A DNA stretch of 64,000 nt from an uncultured Pelagibacteraceae bacterium (GCA_902536305.1 CACAWX010000003.1:9599-73598); one strand, 5' to 3'. Counted from the stretch's first letter, positions 51,327-61,976 are shown. Translations and numbers: made by a program. Notes: a model not told the origin generated them from the letters alone.

Positions 51327-51746
51327 TTAAGAACTTATACTACCCATCTTACAAAGTATTTTCCAGCTTTTATAATCTATTGGCATTACTGACAACCTAC
51401 TTTGTTTAATCAAGGGTAAATGAGAAATGCTCTTATTTTTTTTAATTTTTTCAAGGGTTACTGGGTATTTTAAATATTCCTTGAACCTAACTTGAACAGC
51501 GACAAATCTTTTTTTCTTATCTGTTTTGTCAATAAAAGCTCTTTTAATTACCTTTACAATACCCACAATTTCTTTGCCAATATTAGAATGATAAAAAAAA
51601 CATAAATCACCAACTCCCATTTTTTTTAAATTATTTGCCGCTTGATAATTTCTCACTCCGTCCCAAGCCACACCTTTTTGCCCTGCTTTTTTTTGTTGAT
51701 CTATTGACCAAACGTCAGGTTCAGACTTCATTAACCAGTATTGCAT
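51327..51746 (-). CDS. EVE-domain protein
   Basis: [29 protein letters not shown]. Confidence 0.96.
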   Translation of the reverse strand: MQYWLMKSEPDVWSIDQQKKAGQKGVAWDGVRNYQAANNLKKMGVGDLCFFYHSNIGKEIVGIVKVIKRAFIDKTDKKKRFVAVQVRFKEYLKYPVTLEKIKKNKSISHLPLIKQSRLSVMPIDYKSWKILCKMGSISS

Positions 51747-51751
51747 ATTTT

Positions 51752-52957
51752 TTAAATAATTAAATAGTAGCCGGTAGCTCCTAATAAAAGATACATAATA
51801 GGTATAATTATTTTAAATGCTATCGTTACGTTGCTAAACTTTTTTTCATCACTTTTATAAAAATGTGAAAGATAAAAAGATTCTATGCACATTGCTAAGA
51901 TAACTAGTACAGCTATCATGTAGCCCATAAAAATTATCCAATCAAGAAATGTTATGTACGGTAACTCTGGAACTTTATCTACGAGTACAAAATTAAACGC
52001 CACAAAAGAAACTAATAAGGTTCCCAGCAAAGTAGCTCTTCCATGATTTAAAGTCATATACATACACGCATAACAAAGAATGGTTATAATCAATAAGGGC
52101 ACTACAAATTTGTACAAATACGTTAACCAATTTCTTTCTATAGATATTTCTGAAGATATTGAATGTTTGGAGTATTCTGCATAAGCATCTTTTAAAGGCT
52201 CTATTGATGGATAAGAAATGTATTGTTTAATTGTCCAACCTGGAAATGAAATGTTATTAAAGTTAAACTTTTTTATATCTTTTAATAAAATCTCAAACTT
52301 ATCAGATTTTTCAAAAAATAAATTTTCAAAAACTCTTGATGAAACTAAGAATTTAAAATCATGACTATCGAATGGATAGGTCTTATAGTCAAATTGTGGA
52401 ATTGAATAATCTATCTGTTCATCGTAATAATTATACTCAATAGTACCATCGTAATATATTAAGACTTTTGGCTTTTCATTCGATATATTTCTCAGAGAAT
52501 TATCAAAATTAATTCTTAAATTAAAAAATTTTCCATCTTCGATTGACTTCTCTAAATCGTACTCACAGACAACTATCTTTTTTGTTTTAGCTTTACTAAT
52601 TTTTTTTGTAATTGAAGTTATTTGATCAGAAAAATCATCTGACAAGTTATTAAAAATAATTAAATCTAATTTTTTACTATTGTAGCTATATGTTCTGTTA
52701 TCAAAAAATAGAGAAAGGCTTGAGTCGGTCTCATTAATTTTGATTCTTTTAAGGTTATGGTAAGCCAGCACCATAATTTCTTCTTCTAATTTATTATTCG
52801 AACCAAAATTAATATCTTTGTAGATTTTGTCACAAATTTTTTTTGGAAATAATTCGTTAAATTTTAGTCTTCTTTCTGCTTCTAAGGAGGAAACCTCTAT
52901 AGAATGGAGTTTAGGTACAAAAAAAATAGTAATTAGTAGCAACAAGAATATTCTCAT
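51752..52957 (-). CDS. Pentameric ligand-gated ion channel homolog (GLIC/ELIC type)
   Basis: Signal peptide from ATG 52957; YPFD loop, GW, pre-M1 Arg, M1 Pro, M2-M3 loop VPELPYITFLD, four C-terminal TM helices. Confidence 0.85.
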   Translation of the reverse strand: MRIFLLLLITIFFVPKLHSIEVSSLEAERRLKFNELFPKKICDKIYKDINFGSNNKLEEEIMVLAYHNLKRIKINETDSSLSLFFDNRTYSYNSKKLDLIIFNNLSDDFSDQITSITKKISKAKTKKIVVCEYDLEKSIEDGKFFNLRINFDNSLRNISNEKPKVLIYYDGTIEYNYYDEQIDYSIPQFDYKTYPFDSHDFKFLVSSRVFENLFFEKSDKFEILLKDIKKFNFNNISFPGWTIKQYISYPSIEPLKDAYAEYSKHSISSEISIERNWLTYLYKFVVPLLIITILCYACMYMTLNHGRATLLGTLLVSFVAFNFVLVDKVPELPYITFLDWIIFMGYMIAVLVILAMCIESFYLSHFYKSDEKKFSNVTIAFKIIIPIMYLLLGATGYYLII

Positions 52958-53016
52958 AAAAAAAAGGTATATTATTTTCAATTTAGTAACCATAAAATTT
53001 TCACAAGACTCGTACT

Positions 53017-54093
53017 TTATAATTTCAACCCTGGACCTTTCATATACGGGGCCTCTTTATCGAGAGGCCATCTAGATTTAGCTGTAATATTTAAATCATC
53101 AATTAAATCCTTTTTAAATCTTTGTATCCCAGCCCAGGCAATCATAGAGGCATTATCTCCGCAAAATTTCAAATCAGGATAAATTATTTCAAAATTTACC
53201 TCATTCGATAATTGAGTTAAATTTTTTCTAATAGTTTTATTAGCAGCTACACCACCTGCTACAATTAATTGAAAATTCTTTTTTTTAGTTTTCTCTTTAA
53301 ACATTTCTACAGCAATTTTAGTTTTCTTATATAGAATTTTATTTATTGTCTTTTGAAATGAAGCCGCTAAATTGTATTTGAGTTTAACATCTCCATTTAT
53401 TTTTTTCGATTCTCTTAACACTGCAGTTTTTAATCCTGCAAAGGATAAGTTGCATCCAGCTTTATTTATTATAGGTTCTGGCAATTTGTAAAAATTTTCA
53501 TCTCCTTCTTTTGAAAATTTTTCTACATTCGGTCCACCAGGATAACCTAAGTCTAACATTTTTGCTGTCTTATCAAACGCTTCACCTAAAGCATCATCTA
53601 TAGTTGTACCCAATTGCTCGTATTCATTAATGTCTCTAACTATTAAATACTGAGAATGACCTCCAGATATCAATAGAAGTAAATAAGGAAATTTAATTTT
53701 TTCATTTAAGCCAGGACTTAGTGCGTGTCCCTCTAAGTGATTGACACCTATTAAAGGTTTATTAGAAAAAGCAGCAATTGATTTTCCGATGTTTAAACCT
53801 ACAGTCAAACATACAATTAAACCTGGCCCAGCTGTTGCGGCGACACCATCTATTTCATTAATAGAAGTTCCACTTTGTTTTAGAGCAGTATCAATAATAT
53901 ATTCAATATTTTCTATATGAGCTCTCGCAGCTAATTCAGGAACTACACCCCCAAATTTTTTATGTTCTTCAATTTGACTTGAAACAACATTAGATAAAAT
54001 ATCAGCAGTTCCTTCATTATTTTCTCTAATTACTGCTGCTGCCGTTTCATCGCAACTGGTTTCAATTCCTAAAAAAGTAATATTTTTTGTCAT
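53017..54093 (-). CDS. tsaD: t6A37 tRNA modification protein TsaD
   Basis: GIETSCDET, GGVVPELAARAH, NHLEGH, SGGH, DNASMIA. Confidence 0.98.
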   Translation of the reverse strand: MTKNITFLGIETSCDETAAAVIRENNEGTADILSNVVSSQIEEHKKFGGVVPELAARAHIENIEYIIDTALKQSGTSINEIDGVAATAGPGLIVCLTVGLNIGKSIAAFSNKPLIGVNHLEGHALSPGLNEKIKFPYLLLLISGGHSQYLIVRDINEYEQLGTTIDDALGEAFDKTAKMLDLGYPGGPNVEKFSKEGDENFYKLPEPIINKAGCNLSFAGLKTAVLRESKKINGDVKLKYNLAASFQKTINKILYKKTKIAVEMFKEKTKKKNFQLIVAGGVAANKTIRKNLTQLSNEVNFEIIYPDLKFCGDNASMIAWAGIQRFKKDLIDDLNITAKSRWPLDKEAPYMKGPGLKL

Positions 54094-54148
54094 CTCTATA
54101 ATTTTTTTAAATAGTATAAATTAGATCTATCAAATATATAATCAATTA

Positions 54149-55069
54149 ATGACTAAAATTACAATTGGAGCCAGAAGTAGCAATCTTTCATTGGCATATG
54201 TATCTAGGGTTAAAGATCTTTTAATAAAGAACAACAAAGAGCTTAATGAGACTGATATAAAGATAAAAACAATCACAACTACTGGAGACATCAAACAAGA
54301 CGTAAGAATTTCTGAAGTTGGAGGAAAAAATTTGTTTTGTAAGGAAATTGAAGAAAATTTACTAAAAGATAATATCGATATTGCCGTACATTCATTGAAA
54401 GATATGGAGTCATTAGAAAACCCAGATTTAATAATCGGGGCCTACATAGAAAGAAATGATCCAAGGGATGTGCTGATAAGTGATAATATAAAGAATATTA
54501 AAGATCTAGAAAAAAAAATTAAAATTGGTTCAAGTTCAAGACGCAGAGAACTACAACTAAAAAGAATAAATAAAAATATCCTAGTCGAGTATGTCAGAGG
54601 AAACATTGATACTAGGGTTGAAAAATTAGAAAAACAAGATTTAGATGGAATTATCTTAGCAGCGGCCGGAATTAAAAGTTTAAACTTAGAAAACAAAGTT
54701 GGTTTCTTTTTTGAAACTGAGGAAATCTTACCAGCTGCGGGTCAAGGTATAATAGCAGTTCAATGTAAAGAAAATAACAAAGCAATCAAAAATATTATAA
54801 AAAAGATCAATCACACAAATACAAGTCTTTGCGCAATTGCTGAGAGAAAAATGTTACAAACAATTGGAGGAGATTGTGATACAGCCATTGGAGGATTTGC
54901 TGAAATTAAAGATAACAATCTTAAATTAAAGTCACAGCTATTTTCCGACTCTGGAGATGAAAGTTTTGAATATGAACTCGTCGGCCGAGATGTTGATGCT
55001 GCGTATATTGGTAAATCTGTTGGAGAAAAATTACTGAGTCTTGCAGGAACAAAATTCAAAAAAAAATGA
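54149..55069 (+). CDS. hemC: Hydroxymethylbilane synthase
   Basis: AVHSLKD, GSSSRRR, RGNIDTR, PAAGQG, GGDC. Confidence 0.97.
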   Translation: MTKITIGARSSNLSLAYVSRVKDLLIKNNKELNETDIKIKTITTTGDIKQDVRISEVGGKNLFCKEIEENLLKDNIDIAVHSLKDMESLENPDLIIGAYIERNDPRDVLISDNIKNIKDLEKKIKIGSSSRRRELQLKRINKNILVEYVRGNIDTRVEKLEKQDLDGIILAAAGIKSLNLENKVGFFFETEEILPAAGQGIIAVQCKENNKAIKNIIKKINHTNTSLCAIAERKMLQTIGGDCDTAIGGFAEIKDNNLKLKSQLFSDSGDESFEYELVGRDVDAAYIGKSVGEKLLSLAGTKFKKK

Positions 55070-55764
55070 ATATTTTAATTACTAGACCTTTAATTGATTC
55101 GGAAGATTTAATGGAAAAATTATTTTCAGAAGGTCACAAGATAATTCATATTCCTACTTTAAAAATTTCTCCAGCAAAAATTGATCCAGTTGACCCTAAA
55201 AAATATGATGCATTTATTTTTACAAGCGCTAATGCAATTAGAAATCTAAGATTAATAAATCAAGACAAATCGAAAATTTGTTTTTGCGTAGGCTCTATAA
55301 CTGAAAAAATTGTAAGACAAAATGGTTACTCCCAAACCATTTCAGCCGGCGGAACTGTCAATGCTTTAAAAAATATAATTTCAAACTCAGGTGAAATAGA
55401 CAAGAATAAAACACTAGCTTACTTTTGCGGTGATCATATATCTTCAGACTTAGATTTAGAATTAAAGAAAGAGGGTTTCAGAGTTGATAAAATAATTAAT
55501 TATACCTCAGAAAAAATCGTCGATCTGAATAAAGAAAATAACGAAATAATATTAAATCATCCTCCCGACATAATTCTTGTCTATTCAAAAAGAAGTGCAG
55601 AAAGTTTCGTAGAATTAGCAAAAAAATACTCTCTTAATGCTTTGATGACAGGTTCAAGAGTAATGTGTATAAGTGAAAAAGTTTTAAATGTATTTAAACA
55701 AGTAGGCTGGACAAAATTAGAAGTTTTTGAACCTGGAGAGGAATTATTAAAAATAGGTAATTAA
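55066..55764 (+). CDS. hemD: Uroporphyrinogen-III synthase
   Basis: ILITRP, FTSANA, CVG, YSKRSA; follows hemC. Confidence 0.93.
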   Translation: MNILITRPLIDSEDLMEKLFSEGHKIIHIPTLKISPAKIDPVDPKKYDAFIFTSANAIRNLRLINQDKSKICFCVGSITEKIVRQNGYSQTISAGGTVNALKNIISNSGEIDKNKTLAYFCGDHISSDLDLELKKEGFRVDKIINYTSEKIVDLNKENNEIILNHPPDIILVYSKRSAESFVELAKKYSLNALMTGSRVMCISEKVLNVFKQVGWTKLEVFEPGEELLKIGN

Positions 55765-56856
55765 ATGGAAGTGTTAGAAAATTTTAAAAATCTTTTTTTT
55801 GATGTATGGGATAAAGGGATATCTGGTGTAAATATATCAGAAATCTTAATAGCTCTTGGAATTTTCTTATTTTTTTTATTTTTAAGAGGAATTTTTTCAA
55901 AGTTTATTGTTAAACGTTTAGAAAACTACGTATCAAAAACAACTAATAATTTTGATAATTCTCTTGTGTTTTCAATGGAAGGGCCCGCAAAGTTTTTTCC
56001 AATTGTTTTAGGTTTTTTCGTTTCAACGAGTTATTTAACAATAGAAACTCAAGCAGCTGAATTTTTAGAAACTATTAATAGATCTCTAATAACTATATTA
56101 ATATTTTGGACCTTTCATCAAATTATAGGACCTTTATCAGTCGTTATAAGATCGGTAGGAGATTTATTATCACGAGATTTAATTAATTGGATAATAAAGG
56201 CTATTAAAGTTCTAATTATAATTTTAGGTTTGGCTGCAGTTTTAGAATTATGGGGTATTAAAATTGGACCAATTATTGCAGGTTTGGGACTCTTTGGAGT
56301 AGCTGTGGCTTTAGGTGCTCAAGATTTGTTTAAAAATTTAATTTCTGGAATATTAGTTTTAGTTGAAAGGAGATTTCAAGTAGGAGAGTGGATTTATGTT
56401 GAGGGAGTTATAGAAGGAACAGTTGAATCCATTGGTTTTAGATCAACAGTTGTAAGACGTTTTGATAAATCATTAGCAACTATTCCAAATTTTCAATTTG
56501 CAGAAAAAGCTGTAATTAATAACTCTCAAATTACCCATCGAAGGATAAACTGGGTTATAGGATTAGAATATAAAACGACAAGCAAACAACTTACAGATAT
56601 AAAAAATGAAATAGAGTCTTTTATAAAAGGAAGTGAATATTTTTCAACTTCAGAAGATACAATATTATCTGTAAAAGTTGACCAATTTGCTGCAAGTTCA
56701 ATAGATATAAAACTAATCTGTTTCACAAAAACTACTTATTATTTAGAGTGGTTAAAAGTAAAAGATATATTAGCTTTAGAGATTAAAAGTATAGTAGAAA
56801 AAAATAAAGCCTCATTCGCATTCCCAAGTACATCTATTTATGTGGAGAAAAACTAA
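55765..56856 (+). CDS. MscS-family mechanosensitive channel
   Basis: GLGLFGVAVALGAQD, GTVESIGFRST, IPN, FAFP. Confidence 0.95.
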   Translation: MEVLENFKNLFFDVWDKGISGVNISEILIALGIFLFFLFLRGIFSKFIVKRLENYVSKTTNNFDNSLVFSMEGPAKFFPIVLGFFVSTSYLTIETQAAEFLETINRSLITILIFWTFHQIIGPLSVVIRSVGDLLSRDLINWIIKAIKVLIIILGLAAVLELWGIKIGPIIAGLGLFGVAVALGAQDLFKNLISGILVLVERRFQVGEWIYVEGVIEGTVESIGFRSTVVRRFDKSLATIPNFQFAEKAVINNSQITHRRINWVIGLEYKTTSKQLTDIKNEIESFIKGSEYFSTSEDTILSVKVDQFAASSIDIKLICFTKTTYYLEWLKVKDILALEIKSIVEKNKASFAFPSTSIYVEKN

Positions 56857-57146
56857 TGAAATCTGTTTTAATATTATTTGATAATATTGTGAGTATTTAT
56901 ATCTGGATTTTAATTATAAATGCAATTATCAGCTGGTTAGTTGCTTTCAATGTTTTAAACACTAGCAACAGATTTGTTTATTCTGTTTTAGATGTTTCAT
57001 ATCGTTTAACTGCACCTCCTTTAAATTATATAAGACGATTTCTTCCTAATTTGGGATCAATTGATATTTCACCAGTTGTCTTAATTTTAGCATTAATGTT
57101 TTTGAGAAATTTAGTTTTTGAAATGCTGGCCCCAGGATTATTTTAA
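56856..57146 (+). CDS. yggT: YggT-family membrane protein
   Basis: SWLVAFNVLN, IRRFLP..GSIDISP. Confidence 0.93.
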   Translation: MKSVLILFDNIVSIYIWILIINAIISWLVAFNVLNTSNRFVYSVLDVSYRLTAPPLNYIRRFLPNLGSIDISPVVLILALMFLRNLVFEMLAPGLF

Positions 57147-57148
57147 TA

Positions 57149-57991
57149 ATGATAATTGATGGAAAAAAAGAAGCAGCTAATTTGAGAGAAGAAATTAAAA
57201 ACGAGATACTTGAAATAAAAAAAAAGATAAACAAAAATCCCAATTTAACTGTTATTTTGATCGGTGATTTTACCCCAAGCCAAATATACGTAAGGAATAA
57301 AGAAAAAAATTCAACAGAAGTAGGTATTTTTTCAAATGTAATTAAATACCCTAAAGAGGTAAAAGAGAAGGAAGTTTTGGATAAAATTAATGAATTAAAT
57401 AATGATAAGAATATTTCTGGTATATTAGTTCAACTCCCATTACCTGAACAAATAAGTAAAGAAAAAATTATAAACGCAATCGATCCTAAAAAAGATGTAG
57501 ATGGTTTCAATCCTATAAATGTTGGGAATCTTGCCTCTGGCTATAAGTCTATTGTTCCTTGCACTCCATTAGGTTGTTTATTGTTAATTAAAAAGGTTGA
57601 AAAAAATCTATCTGGAAAACATGCTGTAATCATAGGTAGATCTAATTTAAATGGAAAACCAATGGCTCAATTATTGTTAAAAGAAAATTGTACAGTAACC
57701 GTTGTTCACTCTAAAACTAATAATTTACAAGAGGAATGTTTGAAAGCAGATATCTTAGTGGCTGCTGTTGGGGTACCAAATTTAGTTAAAAAGGATTGGG
57801 TAAAAAGTAGCGCTATTGTTATTGATGTAGGAATTAATAAGGTAGGAGATAAAATTGTTGGGGATGTTAACTTTGAAGAAATTAAAGATAATATAAAAGC
57901 GATAACACCTGTTCCAGGAGGTGTCGGGCCTATGACAATTGCTTGTTTATTAAAAAATACTTTGGAATGCTTTAAAGCTCACCAGATTTAG
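57149..57991 (+). CDS. folD: Methylene-THF dehydrogenase/cyclohydrolase
   Basis: GILVQLPLP, KDVDG, PCTPLG, IDVGIN, PVPGGVGPMT. Confidence 0.98.
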   Translation: MIIDGKKEAANLREEIKNEILEIKKKINKNPNLTVILIGDFTPSQIYVRNKEKNSTEVGIFSNVIKYPKEVKEKEVLDKINELNNDKNISGILVQLPLPEQISKEKIINAIDPKKDVDGFNPINVGNLASGYKSIVPCTPLGCLLLIKKVEKNLSGKHAVIIGRSNLNGKPMAQLLLKENCTVTVVHSKTNNLQEECLKADILVAAVGVPNLVKKDWVKSSAIVIDVGINKVGDKIVGDVNFEEIKDNIKAITPVPGGVGPMTIACLLKNTLECFKAHQI

Positions 57992-58358
57992 ATTTTTCTA
58001 TTTTAAGATATTTACTATTTCTAAATCTTATTATCACTGTGGCTATGGCAACAATTAAAATTGCTACTGATATATAAATTAAATTAGACGGATCACTTTC
58101 TTTATCTTGCAGTATAATGAATCGTGCGAGTGCAGTAATTGCTATCACTAATGGATATGTAATTCTAACTGCTCGAGTTTCCCAATAAGATCTGACCAAA
58201 CCTATTACTTCGATGTAAATAAACATTAACAGCAAGTCTGCGAGTGTTATATCTCTATTCATATACATGTCACTCATCTCTAAGAAGAAGGCTACAACAG
58301 TTGATATTAGAACTATCAGAACAGCTGTTAATTGAATATTTCGAATCGTTTGGTTCAT
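57972..58358 (-). CDS. PsiE-family membrane protein
   Basis: LADLLLMFIYIEV, IAITALAR; four TM helices. Confidence 0.85.
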   Translation of the reverse strand: MNQTIRNIQLTAVLIVLISTVVAFFLEMSDMYMNRDITLADLLLMFIYIEVIGLVRSYWETRAVRITYPLVIAITALARFIILQDKESDPSNLIYISVAILIVAIATVIIRFRNSKYLKIEKSKSGEL

Positions 58359-58380
58359 CTCAGTCTAATCTATCAGAGAT

Positions 58381-59565
58381 TTATGCTTTGTTTAACTGTT
58401 TAGAGTGATATTTAATAAATTTTTCAACTTTATTTTTATTAAATGACTTATTTTCCTCAAATGAAACTTTCTTCATAGAATAAGCTTTATTTTTTGTTCT
58501 TCTAGATAAAATTGTAACATTTCCTTTGTAAAGGTTTAGAATAATTTCTCCAGTTACTTGACTTCTTTTTCTATCAATTATTTTTTGAAGCTTAATTCTT
58601 TTTTTTGAAAACCAATATCCATTATAAACTAGTTCTGCGTATTCAGGCATAACCCTTTCTTTATCGTGAACAGTTTTTTTATCTAAAGTTACCGACTCGA
58701 TCGCTCTATGTGCAATATACAATAAGGTTCCACCTGGTGTTTCATAAACTCCTCTAGATTTAATTCCGATAAATCTGTTCTCAACAAGATCCACCCTACC
58801 AATAGCATTTTTTCCAGCTATAACATTTAATTTATCTAAAAGTTTTTCCGGCTTAAGTTTTTTTCCATTTACTGCAACTGGATCACTATTTTTAAAAGTA
58901 ATTTTTACTTTCGTTTTTTTATTTGGAGCTTTTTCAGGAGAAATAGTTCTTTGATATATAAATTCTGGTGCCGAATTTTTAGGATTTTCTAAAACTTTAC
59001 CCTCTGTCGAAGTATGAAAAATATTATCATCAACTGAAAAGGGTGGTGCCCCTTTTTTGTCTTTAGGTATAGGGATTTTATTTTTCTTTGCATATCTCAT
59101 TAAATCTGCTCTAGATTGTAATTTCCATTCCCTCCAAGGTGCGATTGTTTTTATTTTACCTCTACCAAAAAATGCATAACCTAGTTCAAATCTTACTTGA
59201 TCGTTACCTTTTCCGGTTGCCCCATGTGATACAGCATAAGCATTAAACTTTTTTGCTATCGCTATTTGCCTTTTGGCGATTAAAGGTCTAGCAATTGAAG
59301 TACCAAGTAAGTAAATGCCTTCATAAACTGCATGTGCTCTAATCATTGGAAAAACATAATCTTTAACGAAGATATTTTTTAGATCCTCTATAATTACTTT
59401 TTTTACACCAAGAAGTTTTGCGTTTCTTAATATTTTTTTTTTATTTATCTCTTGGCCGATATCCGAAGTATAGGCAATGACTTCTGCTTTATAATTTTCT
59501 TGTAACCATCTTAGAATAATTGAGGTATCTAATCCTCCAGAATAAGCTAAAACAATTTTTTTCAT
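58381..59565 (-). CDS. argG: Argininosuccinate synthase
   Basis: LAYSGGLDTS, HGATGKGNDQVRF, ENRFIGIKSRGVYETPG. Confidence 0.98.
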   Translation of the reverse strand: MKKIVLAYSGGLDTSIILRWLQENYKAEVIAYTSDIGQEINKKKILRNAKLLGVKKVIIEDLKNIFVKDYVFPMIRAHAVYEGIYLLGTSIARPLIAKRQIAIAKKFNAYAVSHGATGKGNDQVRFELGYAFFGRGKIKTIAPWREWKLQSRADLMRYAKKNKIPIPKDKKGAPPFSVDDNIFHTSTEGKVLENPKNSAPEFIYQRTISPEKAPNKKTKVKITFKNSDPVAVNGKKLKPEKLLDKLNVIAGKNAIGRVDLVENRFIGIKSRGVYETPGGTLLYIAHRAIESVTLDKKTVHDKERVMPEYAELVYNGYWFSKKRIKLQKIIDRKRSQVTGEIILNLYKGNVTILSRRTKNKAYSMKKVSFEENKSFNKNKVEKFIKYHSKQLNKA

Positions 59566-60066
59566 CTAGCTGCAGGTTTTTTTTGCAGTGTTATAAGCTT
59601 TTGTAAATCCCATCATTGAATAATGATCCGTAGTTTCCGCACCCTTAGTCGTTCTCGCTTTTACAATTAAATCGGTTGCTCTTTTCATCAATTTAATAAA
59701 ATTTTTCTCTTCTTGATCATCTAACAACCAAGCGAAATTTTTTTGTGAAAAAAAAGAATACTTTCTTTTACCAGAACTTGCACTAACAGTTGAGCTTTTA
59801 TAGTCGTGTCCACTAGTGATGCTAACTTCGTCCTTGATATTTTCTCCCGGTCTAAAAGTAACAAATAATTTTGATTTGTCTCTTTGTACTGCTTTTGGAG
59901 CTCTTTTTGTTGGTAGAGACTGAGCAAAACATATTTTACCTTTTTCTGTTTCAGCAACAAAACTTTCCCAATTCTTATATTTGCCAGTCGATCTTGGAGT
60001 ATTTGCAAGAGCGTTAAAAGAGAAAATTACAAAAATTCCAAGTAGTAAAATTTTTTTAACAAGCAT
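59566..60066 (-). CDS. Invasion-associated locus B (IalB) family periplasmic protein
   Basis: Signal peptide, W...KICFA.S.P, YSMMGFTKAY...C. Confidence 0.8.
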   Translation of the reverse strand: MLVKKILLLGIFVIFSFNALANTPRSTGKYKNWESFVAETEKGKICFAQSLPTKRAPKAVQRDKSKLFVTFRPGENIKDEVSITSGHDYKSSTVSASSGKRKYSFFSQKNFAWLLDDQEEKNFIKLMKRATDLIVKARTTKGAETTDHYSMMGFTKAYNTAKKTCS

Positions 60067-60107
60067 GATTTGTTTTTATACTATATAAATTTGATTTCAA
60101 CGATGGA

Positions 60108-61145
60108 TTAAGGAGATGGATTGGGGTTGTTATTATGAATTTCATTAACTCTGTCCATCATCTCATCAGTAAATTCTATATTTATGCTTTCAACATTTTC
60201 CTTAAGCTGATCCATTGTAGTTGCACCAATAATATTACTCGTAACGAATGGTCTTGAATTAACAAAAGCTTGAGCAAGCTGTACCATGGTTAAATTAAAA
60301 TCTTTGGCAACCTTCGAGTACTTCTCATAAGCTTTCATAGCTAAAGGATTCAAATGTCTTTCCCAACCTTTAAAAAGCGCCATTCTAGAGTCTTTCGGCA
60401 TTTTTCCACCTTGATACTTTCCAGATAATGCCCCAGCTGCGAGAGGGTAATAAACTAATAAACCACATTTTTCTCTAATAGAAATTTCAGACATACCTAT
60501 TTCATAAGTTCTATTTACTAAGTTATAAGGATTTTGCACGGACATCATTCTCGGTGCACCTTTATTTTTTGAGATTTCAAGATATCTAGATATTCCATAC
60601 GGTGTTTCATTAGACATACCGATATATCTAATTTTTCCAGTCTTAATAAATTTATTTAATGCTTCCAGGATACTTTCAAAGCTGTTCCAGTCTCCCTCCT
60701 CATTATTGTAAAGATAGTCTCTTCTCCCGAAAAAATTTGTAGAGCGCTCTGGCCAGTGTAATTGATATAAGTCAATATAATCTGTTTTTAACCTTTTAAG
60801 ACTACCATCAATTGCTTCTGCTATTTTCTTCTCATCAAAATTATTTCCCCCACCTCTTATCCAGTCACAACCTGGGCCAGCAACTTTTGACGCCAAAATA
60901 ATTTTATCTCTATTTTTTCTTTTTTTGAACCAATTACCTATCATTATTTCTGTTTTACCGTATGATTCAGATGTAGGCGGCACTGAGTAAATTTCTGCAG
61001 TGTCAAAAAAATTAACCCCTTCACTAATCGAGTAGTCCATTTGTTCAAATGCATCTTTCTCAGAGTTCTGAGTTCCCCAAGTCATGGTGCCAAGGCAGAT
61101 TAAACTCACGTCTAAATCAGTATTTCCAAGTTTTCTGAATTTCAT
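60108..61145 (-). CDS. tas: Tas-like aldo/keto reductase
   Basis: LGTMTWG, DTAEIY, DLYQLHWPER, SNET, QNPYNL. Confidence 0.9.
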   Translation of the reverse strand: MKFRKLGNTDLDVSLICLGTMTWGTQNSEKDAFEQMDYSISEGVNFFDTAEIYSVPPTSESYGKTEIMIGNWFKKRKNRDKIILASKVAGPGCDWIRGGGNNFDEKKIAEAIDGSLKRLKTDYIDLYQLHWPERSTNFFGRRDYLYNNEEGDWNSFESILEALNKFIKTGKIRYIGMSNETPYGISRYLEISKNKGAPRMMSVQNPYNLVNRTYEIGMSEISIREKCGLLVYYPLAAGALSGKYQGGKMPKDSRMALFKGWERHLNPLAMKAYEKYSKVAKDFNLTMVQLAQAFVNSRPFVTSNIIGATTMDQLKENVESINIEFTDEMMDRVNEIHNNNPNPSP

Positions 61146-61223
61146 AAATTTGTAATATTAATGTACAGTTTTAGGTCAATTTTTGACTATTGAAAAGTTT
61201 ATAAAAAAACTTATATATACTGT

Positions 61224-61976
61224 ATGGCATTAAACAAACAAACTTCTACCGTTAGATCGTCAGCTTCCGATGCAATTATAGACCAGGGACTGCGTTCTTA
61301 CATGCTTAAAGTCTATAATTATATGGCTTCGGGTGTTTTACTAACTGGTTTCATCGCATTAGCATTTTTTAAAATGGCAGTTGTAACTTCGAGCGAAGGA
61401 CAAATTATCGGCCTTACAAACTTTGGAAATTCAATTTATGCTTCAGGATTAAAATGGGTGATCATGCTGGCCCCATTAGCAGTAGTTTTTTACATGAGTT
61501 TTGGAATTGCCAAAATGTCTGCAGCCAAAGCTCAGACAACATTTTGGGTTTTTGCGGCTTTAATGGGAGCATCTTTATCTTCAATATTTTTGATATATAC
61601 AGGAGCAAGTATAACTAGGGTTTTCTTTATTACCGCAGGTACTTTTGGAGCAATGAGTATTTACGGCTACACGACAAAAAGAGATCTAACTAAGCTAGGT
61701 TCTTTTTTGATGATGGGACTTTTCGGTATCATAATTGCATCATTAGTAAATATTTTCATGAAATCTACTATGATGTATTTTGTAATTTCTATAATTGGTG
61801 TTTTGATATTTGTAGGCTTAACAGCTTACGATACACAAAAGATTAAGAATATGTATTTAGTAAGCGACAGCGGCGAGATAATGGGCAAGAAAGCGGTTAT
61901 GGGAGCTTTGACACTTTACTTAGACTTTATTAATTTGTTTATAATGCTTTTAAGACTTTTCGGTCAAAGAAGATAA
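61224..61976 (+). CDS. Bax inhibitor-1/YccA family membrane protein
   Basis: GLRSYMLKVYNYM, YGYTTKRDL, AYDTQ, LYLDFINLF; ATTG-N17-CTTATAT RpoH-like promoter at 61189-61216. Confidence 0.95.
   Translation: MALNKQTSTVRSSASDAIIDQGLRSYMLKVYNYMASGVLLTGFIALAFFKMAVVTSSEGQIIGLTNFGNSIYASGLKWVIMLAPLAVVFYMSFGIAKMSAAKAQTTFWVFAALMGASLSSIFLIYTGASITRVFFITAGTFGAMSIYGYTTKRDLTKLGSFLMMGLFGIIIASLVNIFMKSTMMYFVISIIGVLIFVGLTAYDTQKIKNMYLVSDSGEIMGKKAVMGALTLYLDFINLFIMLLRLFGQRR

Noticed and set aside
51152-51409. 85-aa Phe/Leu-rich ORF resembling a membrane protein
   Set aside because: Antisense shadow of the Lys/Arg codons of the acs tail.
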